A stretch of 42,312 nucleotides of DNA, from positions 1 to 42,312 of the forward strand of contig CAZYZI010000003.1 of the NCBI GenBank assembly GCA_964651915.1. Direction: 5' to 3'. A program made the translations under genes and the position numbers. Position 1 is the first letter of the stretch; every line of letters begins with the position of its first letter. Below are positions 1 to 9,227 of this stretch, one piece after another. The notes below the pieces were generated by a model. The model worked only from the letters and a program-made list of their open reading frames with translations, ran no database searches and had not been told where the DNA came from. This DNA is from an uncultured archaeon (GTDB lineage Archaea; Thermoplasmatota; Poseidoniia; MGIII; CG-Epi1).

Positions 1-1405
1 CAAGACTTTCAGCGAATTTAGCTTGCTTACAAATTTTACTTCTAAAGATTGTACTCTACAAAAAATAAGCCTAAATAGTGAGTTTGGAGGCATGAGATTA
101 CGCCTTCCTTTTATGAGTGCAGCTATGACATCTGTTACTGGTTATGAAATGGCATTATCATTAGGTAAAGAAGGTGGAATAGGTATTCTTCCTGCAAGAC
201 TATCAATAGATGAACAAGTAGAAATCATTGAAAAGATTAAAGGGTATGAAATGGGATTTGTGGAAGATCCAATTACAGTTCGAGAAACAGCCACTATTGA
301 TGAAGTAGTTAGGCTTGTTGAAAAGCACGGCCATTCAAAAGTCCCTATAGCTGACAGAAATAATGTATTTTTAGGATTATTTAGTTTTGATAAATATTTA
401 GATGCTAATGCAACACCTGGTGAATCAGTTACTACTATAATGATTGAGCCTAAAGATTTGCCTTGTTCTAAAAATCCTAATATTAGTTTGGAAGAAGCAA
501 AAAGTGAATTGAGTGAAAAGAATTATCTAATTGTTTTAGATGAATTGGGAAGGTTAGCAAAAATTGCATTTAGAAAAGATGTAGAAAATATAGCAGTAGG
601 AGCTGCAATATCAACACATAAAGGCTGGAAAACTCGAGCTAAATCTTGCGTAGAGGCTGGAGCAGATATGATTGTAATAGATACATCTGATGCTTTCAAT
701 GAATTTACAACTAAGGTTATTAAAGAGTTTAAAGAAATGAAAAATTCGGTACCTATTTGTGCAGGAAATATCATAACTTATGATGGTGCAAAATATCTGA
801 TGGAAAATGGTGCAGATTTAGTGAAGGTAGGAATGTCTTCAGGATCAATATGCACAACTCAAAGGGAAAAGGCAACAGGTAGAGCACCTATGACTGCCTT
901 ACTTGAAGCTGCAAGAGCAAGGGATGACTTCCAGAAAGAATCAGGGAAATATGTCCCCTTGGTAATTGACGGAGGAGTTTCTGCTGCAGGAGATATGATT
1001 ATAGCACTTACAGTTGCAGATATTGTAATGATGGGAGGATATTTCAATCATTTCTTTGAGGCTGAAGGTGAGAAATTAGATGAAAACATGCAAGTAACAA
1101 GCCATGAACCCGATATCAAATTTATTGCAACTTGGGGGGAAGGTTCAGCAAGAGCTAGAAATTTGGATAGATATGGTCATGTTGCAAGAAAAACATTTTT
1201 TGCTGAGGGTGAAGAAGGAACTGTAGAAAATTGGGGAAGGTTAAAACCGAAACTCAAGCAAGATATACGTAAAATTAAAGCTGCATTGAGTAATACAGGC
1301 TGTATGAATTTAGATGAATTTAGAAATAAAGCAGTTATTGAATCAATGTCAACTTATACGCAGCAAATAGTGGGCAACACTCACAATATGCAAGTTAAGG
1401 AATAA
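1..1405 (+). CDS. guaB: IMP dehydrogenase with CBS pair (5'-truncated by window edge)
   Basis: Frame open from nt 2 (KTFSEFSLL...). Motifs PFMSAAM, IDTS, VKVGMSSGSICTT (catalytic Cys), DGG, WGEGSARAR; CBS subdomain in the N-terminal half. Confidence 0.93.
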   Translation, partial: KTFSEFSLLTNFTSKDCTLQKISLNSEFGGMRLRLPFMSAAMTSVTGYEMALSLGKEGGIGILPARLSIDEQVEIIEKIKGYEMGFVEDPITVRETATIDEVVRLVEKHGHSKVPIADRNNVFLGLFSFDKYLDANATPGESVTTIMIEPKDLPCSKNPNISLEEAKSELSEKNYLIVLDELGRLAKIAFRKDVENIAVGAAISTHKGWKTRAKSCVEAGADMIVIDTSDAFNEFTTKVIKEFKEMKNSVPICAGNIITYDGAKYLMENGADLVKVGMSSGSICTTQREKATGRAPMTALLEAARARDDFQKESGKYVPLVIDGGVSAAGDMIIALTVADIVMMGGYFNHFFEAEGEKLDENMQVTSHEPDIKFIATWGEGSARARNLDRYGHVARKTFFAEGEEGTVENWGRLKPKLKQDIRKIKAALSNTGCMNLDEFRNKAVIESMSTYTQQIVGNTHNMQVKE

Positions 1406-1409
1406 GCAC

Positions 1410-2384
1410 TTACTTACTATCTTTACAAATCCTAACTAATTCTAATCCCAAATCTTCGATGCCTGTATTATCCATAACTGAAACAGATATTGAGTTTTCA
1501 TAATCTAGTGGTGCTTCAGGTTCTAAATCTGATTTGCTATAAACATCAATCCAATTATAATTCGAATATCTGTCTTTTAACTCCTTGTGCAAAGATTTTT
1601 GAGTATCAGTAGAATATCCGGAAGTACCAGATAAATCTGTAAGAAATACAATCACTGGTTCCAGATGATCAAGTGCAGCTATACCTTGTTTTTCCATGTC
1701 ATTACGATCGGAATCAGGCCTATCAAGTAAACCTGGCGTATCCATTACTTGAATAATATCATATTTGGCTTTTATGTGTCCTAATGAAACACCTTTAGTA
1801 GTAAAGGGATAGCTTTTGACTTCAGGTTTTCCTGAAGAAATAGCACTAATTAAACTGGACTTACCAACATTGGGAGCGCCAGCGAATACTGCTAATGGTT
1901 TTTCAGTATCTACATTTGGCAAATTACGGAATACAGATCTTGCTGAAATAAGAAAATTAAGATTTTTCTCAATTTGCCTAACTACATTTGTCATTTTGGT
2001 ATAAGCCTCACTCATAATTTTCATAGTGTTTTCAGCACTTTTTCTTGCTCTAGCCTTAGGAACATACTTTGTTGCAATCATCAAAACTTCTTTACGAGCC
2101 CAATCTGCAGCTCCAAGTGCTTTCCGTAATTTGTCAACTCCAACAGTTAAATCTATTATAGCTCTATCAAAAGAGTGTATAGTGTCAAATGAAGGAAAGG
2201 CTTTGACATAAGAATGAAGAGGGTTTGCAATATTGTCAGCAACTGAATGGATCTTTCTAACAGCAGTTAAACGTGCTCTGTAATCTGCATTTCTAACACT
2301 TTCTTCAACCCTTGAAGCACGCCTTAAAGCCCTATCAATCAATTCTTCAGTTGTAGCAATTGTTGGTATTTCTTGAAGATTCAC
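1410..2384 (-). CDS. NOG1-family GTP-binding protein (ribosome biogenesis)
   Basis: GAPNVGKS P-loop, [15 protein letters not shown], helical N-terminal NOG1 region; GTG start overlaps icd stop. Confidence 0.92.
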   Translation of the reverse strand: MNLQEIPTIATTEELIDRALRRASRVEESVRNADYRARLTAVRKIHSVADNIANPLHSYVKAFPSFDTIHSFDRAIIDLTVGVDKLRKALGAADWARKEVLMIATKYVPKARARKSAENTMKIMSEAYTKMTNVVRQIEKNLNFLISARSVFRNLPNVDTEKPLAVFAGAPNVGKSSLISAISSGKPEVKSYPFTTKGVSLGHIKAKYDIIQVMDTPGLLDRPDSDRNDMEKQGIAALDHLEPVIVFLTDLSGTSGYSTDTQKSLHKELKDRYSNYNWIDVYSKSDLEPEAPLDYENSISVSVMDNTGIEDLGLELVRICKDSK

Positions 2385-3607
2385 AACTTATCAATGATAG
2401 CGTCACCAAATTCACTACATTTTAGCAATTTAGCACCATCCATTAGCCTCTCAAAGTCATAAGTGACAGTCCTAGCTCCAATTGCACCTTCCATGCCTTT
2501 AACGACAAGATCTGCAGCTTCAGTCCAACCAAGATGACGTAGCATCATTTCACCAGAAAGGATAACCGAACCTGGATTTACTTTATCTTGACCTGCATAT
2601 TTTGGAGCAGTACCGTGTGTTGCTTCAAACAAAGCGTGTCCTGTATCATAATTTATGTTAGCACCGGGTGCAATTCCAATCCCTCCAACTTGTGCAGCCA
2701 ATGCATCAGAAATATAGTCTCCATTTAGATTTAGAGTAGCAATAACATCATATTCAGAAGGTCTGGTTAGTATTTGTTGAAGCATTGCGTCTGCAATTAC
2801 ATCTTTAACAATAATTTTTTCACCATTATTAGGATTTGTAAAAGAATGCCAAGGTCCTCCATCTAGAGGTTCAGCTTCAAATTCATCTCTGGCTAATTCA
2901 TAACCCCAGTCTCTGAAACCTCCTTCCGTAAATTTCATTATATTTCCTTTATGGACTAAAGTAATTGATTTTTTGTTATTTGAAATTGCATATCTAAAAG
3001 CAGCTCTAATCAAACGTTTAGATCCTTCGCTAGAAACAGGTTTAACACCAAGGGAACTAGTTTCTGGGAAACGAATTTTAGAGACATCCATTTCATTCTT
3101 TAAGAATTCGATAACTTTTTTTACTTCAGGAGTGCCTGAATTCCATTCAATACCAGCATAGATATCTTCGGTATTTTCTCTGAATATAGCCATATTTACT
3201 TTCTCAGGTTCTTTAACGGGACTTGGAACTCCAGTAAACCATCTAACAGGCCTAACACAGGCAAAAAGATCTAAACGTTGTCGTAAGGTCACATTCAAGC
3301 TTCTGAACCCTCCGCCAACTGGTGTTGTTAGCGGCCCTTTTATTGCAACTAAATGTTCCCTAATGGCATCTAAGGTTTCTTCAGGTAACCATTCATTTAT
3401 CTCATTGAATGCTTCTTCACCAGCTAGAACTTTCTTCCATGATATTTTTTTATCATCACCATAAGCTTTCTGAACTGCAGCATCCAAAACTTTCATTGCT
3501 ACTGGAGTCACATCTTGGCCAATTCCATCTCCTACTATAACGGGAATAATGGGATTATTTGGAACGTCTAATTTTCCATTGCTACATGTAATAGAAGCTG
3601 GTATCAT
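2381..3607 (-). CDS. icd: NADP-dependent isocitrate dehydrogenase (bacterial dimeric type)
   Basis: [68 protein letters not shown]. Confidence 0.97.
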   Translation of the reverse strand: MIPASITCSNGKLDVPNNPIIPVIVGDGIGQDVTPVAMKVLDAAVQKAYGDDKKISWKKVLAGEEAFNEINEWLPEETLDAIREHLVAIKGPLTTPVGGGFRSLNVTLRQRLDLFACVRPVRWFTGVPSPVKEPEKVNMAIFRENTEDIYAGIEWNSGTPEVKKVIEFLKNEMDVSKIRFPETSSLGVKPVSSEGSKRLIRAAFRYAISNNKKSITLVHKGNIMKFTEGGFRDWGYELARDEFEAEPLDGGPWHSFTNPNNGEKIIVKDVIADAMLQQILTRPSEYDVIATLNLNGDYISDALAAQVGGIGIAPGANINYDTGHALFEATHGTAPKYAGQDKVNPGSVILSGEMMLRHLGWTEAADLVVKGMEGAIGARTVTYDFERLMDGAKLLKCSEFGDAIIDKL

Positions 3608-3680
3608 ACTTGGTGCTAAGCAGGGCTGTATAAATCGGCCACGGAGTTATATAATAACCACAGTTTCGTGGGGGTATTCA

Positions 3681-4595
3681 ATGGGAATTCTAAACTCACT
3701 AGTTGTAGGAAGTGCCCCTCTTATGCCAAAATTTATGATTGGTAAAATTGCTTCAGTTTATGTTGCAGGGGATAAACTTGAAGATGGTTTAAATTTGGCT
3801 AAAAAGTTAAATTCAAAGGGGTTCTCAGCTACGCTTGATCTTTTGGGTGAAGAAGTAACAAATAGGAAACAGACTAATTTTATCAGAAATTCTTATTGTG
3901 ATTTATTGGATGGTATAGCTAATTGGGGAATCGATTGTAATGTTTCTCTTAAGCTAACAGCTTTGGGGTTGAAAATTGATGAAGAACTTTGTTGGGATAA
4001 TTTAAGTGTTGTATTAGATAAAGCTAGGGAATATAATAATTTTATTAGGTTGGATATGGAGAATTCGGAAGTTACTGATGCTACAATTCGTATGTGTAAG
4101 AAAGGTCAAGTTTATTATTCAAAGTGTGGAACTGTTTTGCAAGCATATATGAAAAGGACATCAAATGATATTGATGATTTAAATTCACACAATACGAATA
4201 TTAGACTTTGTAAAGGTGCATACAAGGAAAGTGAAGAATTAGCATACCAAGGTTATCAAGAGATTAGGGATAATTATCTGATAGCTGCCGAAAAAATGAT
4301 GGATAATGAAATTTACATTGGCTTGGCGACCCATGACCAATGGTTAATTGAGAATCTAGAAAAATTAATAGAAAAGAAAAATTATCCAAAGAGTAAATAT
4401 GAGTTTCAAGCCTTATCAGGTGTGCCAATTGACAAAGTATTAGAAAGACTAATTCAACAAGGTCATAAGGTTAGATATTACATACCGTATGGACCCGAAT
4501 GGTATGCCTACTCATTAAGGAGAATGAGGGAAAATCCAGATATTTGGAAAGATACATTGAAGGCTTTTGTATTCCGTTCTAAGCATAGAAAGTGA
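3681..4595 (+). CDS. Monofunctional proline dehydrogenase
   Basis: LDLLGE, SLKLTALG, RLDME, IRLCKGAY, ATHD, YIPYG..WYAYSLRRMRE. Start moved to ATG 3681 to avoid overlap with icd; TTATATAA lies ~26 nt upstream. Confidence 0.92.
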   Translation: MGILNSLVVGSAPLMPKFMIGKIASVYVAGDKLEDGLNLAKKLNSKGFSATLDLLGEEVTNRKQTNFIRNSYCDLLDGIANWGIDCNVSLKLTALGLKIDEELCWDNLSVVLDKAREYNNFIRLDMENSEVTDATIRMCKKGQVYYSKCGTVLQAYMKRTSNDIDDLNSHNTNIRLCKGAYKESEELAYQGYQEIRDNYLIAAEKMMDNEIYIGLATHDQWLIENLEKLIEKKNYPKSKYEFQALSGVPIDKVLERLIQQGHKVRYYIPYGPEWYAYSLRRMRENPDIWKDTLKAFVFRSKHRK

Positions 4596-4634
4596 TAACG
4601 TCAGCTTTTTGTAAAGCACTCGAGTAGTAAACAC

Positions 4635-5537
4635 ATGGCGAGAAGGGTAAGTAGGAAAAAAAAGTTGGTTAAAGCAGCCGTTCCTAATTACAGAGAAGAT
4701 AGTAAGACAGCCTCGGGACCCGATCCAAAACTCGCAATTGTTGCACTTTTATTAGTCGTTCTTCTAATAGGTAGTGGACTTTATCTTACTTCAATGGTCG
4801 ATGAAGCTCCCGAAGTATCATATGGAGTTGAAGCTGATTTATTAACTGACAATCATAAAACACAACCTGGATATGATACTGATTTTGTAATGATAATTCA
4901 GAATACAGGATTAATTACAGACACTTTTGATATTTCTGTCAAGTCTAATGATGGTGGTTTCACAATTACTATAGAAGATAATTATGAATCAGTAGTTATA
5001 GAGAGTGGTAAGAGAAAACCAGTAATAATTAATGTTCAAACTTCAGAATCTTCTAAAGGTATGCTATACGCATATATGGAGATAAAATCGAGAGGAGACA
5101 GTGGTCAAACAGCGGATGTAAAGCTCACAGTAGATACAGATTATGAATTTGGGAATAAGACATCATTTGGTAATTCAGTTGATGTTCATTATGCAGGTAT
5201 TTTAGCATCTAATTCAAAGTTATTTGATTCGAGCATGGAATATATTTGGGATAATTACATGCATAGGAAAGATGGAGTAACAGATCAAAATAAACACATA
5301 GATACTCTTAATGCTAATAATATTGGGTGTGATGGTGAAGGATATCCTACTGCTGATTGTGAAGGTGGCCGAGGTATGATTAAGGGCTTTGATGCAAAAA
5401 TGGTTGGAATGTATGAAGGTCAGACGTTGTCTGTTCGCATTCCCGCAAAAGATGCTTATGGAGAAGCTGGGGCAAGTAGTAGTGATTTAGCTGGTGAAGA
5501 TTTAATTTTCACTATTGAAATGGTTAAGATTAATTAA
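4635..5537 (+). CDS. Membrane-anchored FKBP-type peptidyl-prolyl isomerase with an Ig-like domain
   Basis: Basic N-tail, TM helix (LAIVALLLVVLLIGSGLYL), beta-rich NTGLITDTFDISV domain, C-terminal FKBP motifs VDVHYAG..LFDSS, MIKGFD, IPAKDAYGE, LAGEDLIFTIE. Confidence 0.82.
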   Translation: MARRVSRKKKLVKAAVPNYREDSKTASGPDPKLAIVALLLVVLLIGSGLYLTSMVDEAPEVSYGVEADLLTDNHKTQPGYDTDFVMIIQNTGLITDTFDISVKSNDGGFTITIEDNYESVVIESGKRKPVIINVQTSESSKGMLYAYMEIKSRGDSGQTADVKLTVDTDYEFGNKTSFGNSVDVHYAGILASNSKLFDSSMEYIWDNYMHRKDGVTDQNKHIDTLNANNIGCDGEGYPTADCEGGRGMIKGFDAKMVGMYEGQTLSVRIPAKDAYGEAGASSSDLAGEDLIFTIEMVKIN

Positions 5538-6457
5538 ACTACAAAATTTCCAAACTCACGGCAAAACACACAAGATTCGCTTCCTCCAGATGGTTCACCG
5601 CATGAAGGGCAGTTTGAAAGTTTAGGAGGGGGTGTAACATTTTCTCTTATTTTTTCCATTCCATTTACTAATGAATGACGCGTACCAGGTTGTTTACTTT
5701 CTAATTCCATAACTATCTTTCTAAAGAAATTTCTTTGAGCTTTACCAGCATATGGGCAATCACCATCATGGAATTTCATTCCTTTTAAAATGGCGTAAAG
5801 ATATACTTCTTGTTCTGGTAATCTTCTTAACGGTAATAATCGAGGTACGAATCCTTTCTGTACATATTTGTGTGGTGCCATTCGATTCATTCTTGAAACA
5901 TCACCTCTAGAATGGTTCATCATTATAGTTTGGGAAAAATCATCTAAATTATGGCCTAGAATCATACAATCAACATTTGCATTTCGTGCCATTTGATTAA
6001 GTGATCTACGACGTAAAATTCCGCAAGGGGAGCATGGTGAGGCTTCAGGTGGTTTAGTAATTAATAACTCTCCAAGAGTCATTCCTATTAACTGCTTATA
6101 AGAAAATACTTCAATTGGAACATTTAATTCATCACATGCTATTTTTGCACAATCAAGAGAGGCAGACCGATAATTTTCAATTCCTTCATCGACTGAGAGC
6201 CCTACAATTTCTGTTTCTCTCTGATTGCAATACATATTTAGAATATTGAGGGCTACCATTGAGTCTTTACCACCTGAAAGACCTATGCCTATACGTTTAA
6301 TTTCAATTTTAGAATTATTTACTAATTCATTAATTTGCGTTCTCAATTCTTTAATTGCATTTTTTTCAAAAGAACGAAAAAAGCATTTCTGACAAAGTAT
6401 TTCGCCTGAATAACGGCGACTGATAACTGGTTGAGTATTGCAAGATTTACAAGGCAC
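5534..6457 (-). CDS. tRNA 2-thiolation protein, TtuA/Ncs6 (TIGR00269-like) family
   Basis: N- and C-terminal Zn fingers (CKSC/CQKC; CPSC/CVFC), PP-loop SGGKDS, CSPCGILRR, GHNLDD, CPYA. Confidence 0.9.
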   Translation of the reverse strand: MPCKSCNTQPVISRRYSGEILCQKCFFRSFEKNAIKELRTQINELVNNSKIEIKRIGIGLSGGKDSMVALNILNMYCNQRETEIVGLSVDEGIENYRSASLDCAKIACDELNVPIEVFSYKQLIGMTLGELLITKPPEASPCSPCGILRRRSLNQMARNANVDCMILGHNLDDFSQTIMMNHSRGDVSRMNRMAPHKYVQKGFVPRLLPLRRLPEQEVYLYAILKGMKFHDGDCPYAGKAQRNFFRKIVMELESKQPGTRHSLVNGMEKIRENVTPPPKLSNCPSCGEPSGGSESCVFCREFGNFVV

Positions 6458-6578
6458 AAATGAGCATACATACTACTTTATATCCTTTCAATGGTGCCGA
6501 AAGTATGACACACTTTTGACACTATAAAGATAATAAATAAAATATTATGGCAACTTTTATGCGTCAAAAAACATTAGG

Positions 6579-6586
6579 TTTATATA
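6579..6586 (+). promoter_or_regulatory. TATA box of the RHH-ftsZ operon (likely leaderless transcript)
   Basis: TTTATATA ending 25 nt before ATG 6611, the canonical archaeal spacing. Confidence 0.65.
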
Positions 6587-6610
6587 GTAGGTTCTTATAG
6601 GAATGATATT

Positions 6611-7006
6611 ATGGCACCACTTGGACCCCTTACTACAAACAGATTAACCGTACGTTTAGACCCTGAAAGGGCGGCCAGAATTGAGTATTGGGCTACGGAA
6701 AATCCACTAAAAATCAAATCTTATAATCAATTGATACAGGAAGCATTAGATGAATATCTAGACAGACATACTGTTTCACCTACTCACGATTCACTAACGG
6801 TGAAGATACCTCAGAAAGTAAGAGAAAAGTTACACGATTTACAAGAAGATGGTTATGGTAATATTGATCAAATTGTTTCTGAAGCTCTTTTACAGCATTC
6901 CACTTCAAAATACAGAGAAGAAAAGGATTACCAATTCCTTCGCAATGAAGTTAATACAATAGCTAATAGAAGAAAAATGGTCTTCTCAGATTATGGGGGT
7001 GACTAA
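6611..7006 (+). CDS. Tandem ribbon-helix-helix protein (CdrS-like cell division regulator)
   Basis: Two RHH-like units (RLTVRLDPERAARI...YNQLIQEALDEYL; SLTVKIPQKVREKL...IDQIVSEALLQH), ending 2 nt upstream of ftsZ. Confidence 0.72.
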   Translation: MAPLGPLTTNRLTVRLDPERAARIEYWATENPLKIKSYNQLIQEALDEYLDRHTVSPTHDSLTVKIPQKVREKLHDLQEDGYGNIDQIVSEALLQHSTSKYREEKDYQFLRNEVNTIANRRKMVFSDYGGD

Positions 7007-7008
7007 TT

Positions 7009-8055
7009 ATGATGGATAGATTGGAAAGTTTTGATTCTAGTGATTTAATGGAATTTATAACTCCACCAAAAATCAAACTAATTGGTAGTGGTGGTGCTGG
7101 AAACAATATCTTAGATAGATTATATAGTACAAGAATAGAAGGTGTGGAAACGATTGCTCTCAATACGGATGCAAATCATTTAAGTAAGTGTAAAGCACAT
7201 TCAAGGAAAGTTTTAGGAGCAAAAATTACCCAGGGAAGAGGTACAGGAGGAGATCCTCATCTGGGAAAACGTTGTGCAGAAGACGATGAAGATTCCCTAA
7301 GAGAAAAAATAGATGGTGCAGACATGGTATTTGTCATTGCAGGAATGGGAGGAGGAACTGGAACAGGAAGTGCACCAGTTGTTGCAAAATACGCTATGGA
7401 AACTGAAGCATTGGTAATAGGTGTCGCAGTTTTACCTTTCAAGGAAGAAGGATTACCAAGAAGAAAAATAGCATTACAGGGTTTATCCGAGCTCAAAAAG
7501 AATTGTCATTGTGTAATTGAATTGGATAATGAGAATCTAAATGAATTAACTAATGGAGATTGCCCAATGAAAAGAGCGTTTGATGTGATGTCTGATTTAG
7601 TAACAAGAACAGTGAGATCATTGTCTGAAGTAATAACTGAACCATCAACTATAAATGTTGATTTCGCAGATTTAAGAAAGATTATTGAAACTGGAGGAAA
7701 TGCTAAGGTTTTGTATGGTGAATCTGACAATTCAGATCCAGGAAGTGTTTTAGATTCATTATTGGGTAATCCACTGCTTGGCTCACATTACCAAGGGGCT
7801 GAAGCTGTAATGCTTCATATAACTGCAAAGAGCGAATTTTCATTGAATAATTGTCATGAGGTTCTTGCAGCATTAAAATTAGAATTATCTGAGGATGTTA
7901 ATTTGATATGGGGTCTTCGAACAGATGATTCTATGGATGCTAATGTCAAAGTTGTGATGCTTGTTGCAGCTATACCTGATAGTAATTTGGATGTTGAAAA
8001 AAAAAGTGACGAAATGATTCCCCTTCTTGGCGAATCAGTTCAAATGATTAACTGA
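7009..8055 (+). CDS. ftsZ: Cell division protein FtsZ (probably FtsZ2-type by context)
   Basis: GSGGAGNN, NTD, AGMGGGTGTG, PFKEEG, T7 loop INVDFADL; SD GGGGGTGA upstream. Confidence 0.95.
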   Translation: MMDRLESFDSSDLMEFITPPKIKLIGSGGAGNNILDRLYSTRIEGVETIALNTDANHLSKCKAHSRKVLGAKITQGRGTGGDPHLGKRCAEDDEDSLREKIDGADMVFVIAGMGGGTGTGSAPVVAKYAMETEALVIGVAVLPFKEEGLPRRKIALQGLSELKKNCHCVIELDNENLNELTNGDCPMKRAFDVMSDLVTRTVRSLSEVITEPSTINVDFADLRKIIETGGNAKVLYGESDNSDPGSVLDSLLGNPLLGSHYQGAEAVMLHITAKSEFSLNNCHEVLAALKLELSEDVNLIWGLRTDDSMDANVKVVMLVAAIPDSNLDVEKKSDEMIPLLGESVQMIN

Positions 8056-8075
8056 TAATTATCACACCTTCGTTC

Positions 8076-8110
8076 GCTACAAGCCTTGTTATCTAAGCAA
8101 GGTTTGTGGC
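8076..8110 (+). terminator. Hairpin between convergent ftsZ and hpt (3' end/terminator-like)
   Basis: GCTACAAGCCTTG/CAAGGTTTGTGGC 13-bp stem; both non-Watson-Crick pairs are G-U only on the + strand. Confidence 0.55.
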
Positions 8111-8115
8111 ACCAT

Positions 8116-8640
8116 TCAATTTTCTTTGATGTCTTCAGGTTCCATAACCATTACGTCTTTTAGATGTCTATATTTTTCGTCATAATCTAAACCATATCCT
8201 ACTACAAATTCTGGTGGTATTTCAAATCCAACGTAATCTACTTCAAAATCTAATTTAGCCACTTCCTTTTTGAATAAAATAGTTGCAACAGATACAGATT
8301 TCGGGCCTGAATTTCTCAATCGCTTAACTAAGAAGTTGATTGTAAAACCAGAATCTATAATATCTTCAACAATAATTACATCTCTTCCATCAATATCAGC
8401 AGATATATCCTTCCTAAATTTTATTGTTCCAGTTGAAGAATCACCTTCATAACTACGTATTTTAACAAAATCAACCTCAGCATCAAGTTCTACTTCACGA
8501 AGTAGATCAGCCATGAAAACATAACAACCATTTAGGATTCCTATGAAAATAGGTTTTTTACCTTTATAATCGGCAGTAATCCTTTCTCCTAAGGCTTTTA
8601 CTCGTTTTTTTATTTCGGATTCTGATATTAGTATCTTCAT
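8116..8640 (-). CDS. hpt: Hypoxanthine(-guanine) phosphoribosyltransferase
   Basis: IIVEDIIDSGFT PRPP-binding loop, SY dipeptide, FVVGYGLDY. Confidence 0.95.
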   Translation of the reverse strand: MKILISESEIKKRVKALGERITADYKGKKPIFIGILNGCYVFMADLLREVELDAEVDFVKIRSYEGDSSTGTIKFRKDISADIDGRDVIIVEDIIDSGFTINFLVKRLRNSGPKSVSVATILFKKEVAKLDFEVDYVGFEIPPEFVVGYGLDYDEKYRHLKDVMVMEPEDIKEN

Positions 8641-8643
8641 GTT

Positions 8644-9159
8644 TCAGTATTTTACTAAGGAATGAACATTATATTGATTTAGTTTTTTTCTTCCATTCAG
8701 AGATTCAAGTTCTACCAGAACGACAAATCCATTAATTTTTCCTTTGAGTTTTGACACTAATTCACAGGTAGCTTCAGCAGTACCTCCTGTTGCTAATAAA
8801 TCATCAACAATCAAAACACTTTGATTTTCTTTAATACTATCTTGATGTATTTCTAAAGAATCAGTTCCATATTCTAAATCATATGTTACTTTTTTAGTCT
8901 TACAGGGTAATTTCCCAGGTTTTCTAACAGGAACAAAGCTTGCCCCTAGTATGTCTGCAATAGGTGCTCCAAATATGAATCCCCTAGATTCGATCCCGAC
9001 GACAACATCGATATCTAAATTCATAAATGGAGATGCCATTTCTTTTACAGATATTCTTAGAGCCTTAATGTCAGATAATACGGGTGTAATATCTTTGAAT
9101 ATTATACCCTTCTTAGGAAAGTCAGGTACATCTCTAATGAGGTCTCTAATATATTCCAT
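8644..9159 (-). CDS. apt: Adenine phosphoribosyltransferase
   Basis: PDFPKKGIIFKDITP, ESRGF, RKPGKLP, YDLEYG, VDDLLATGGT; start moved to ATG 9159. Confidence 0.95.
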   Translation of the reverse strand: MEYIRDLIRDVPDFPKKGIIFKDITPVLSDIKALRISVKEMASPFMNLDIDVVVGIESRGFIFGAPIADILGASFVPVRKPGKLPCKTKKVTYDLEYGTDSLEIHQDSIKENQSVLIVDDLLATGGTAEATCELVSKLKGKINGFVVLVELESLNGRKKLNQYNVHSLVKY

Positions 9160-9186
9160 AGTTAATTGATTTGCTAATAGGTGTTT

Positions 9187-9212
9187 GAGAACCCACAATT
9201 AAGTGGATTCTC
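9187..9212 (-). other. Intercistronic hairpin between the NCS2 permease gene and apt
   Basis: Minus strand GAGAATCCAC-ttaatt-GTGGGTTCTC, 10-bp stem with one G-U pair. Confidence 0.5.
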
Positions 9213-9227
9213 TTCTATTTTGTATCT

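Noticed and set aside
3549-3680. N-terminal extension of proline dehydrogenase in the ORF track
   Set aside because: Overlaps icd and the divergent promoter; family similarity and TATA spacing point to ATG 3681
8053-8064. TGATAATTATCA palindrome resembling a Fur/DtxR-type box
   Set aside because: Lies at the ftsZ stop between convergent genes with no promoter to control; AT-rich palindromes arise by chance here
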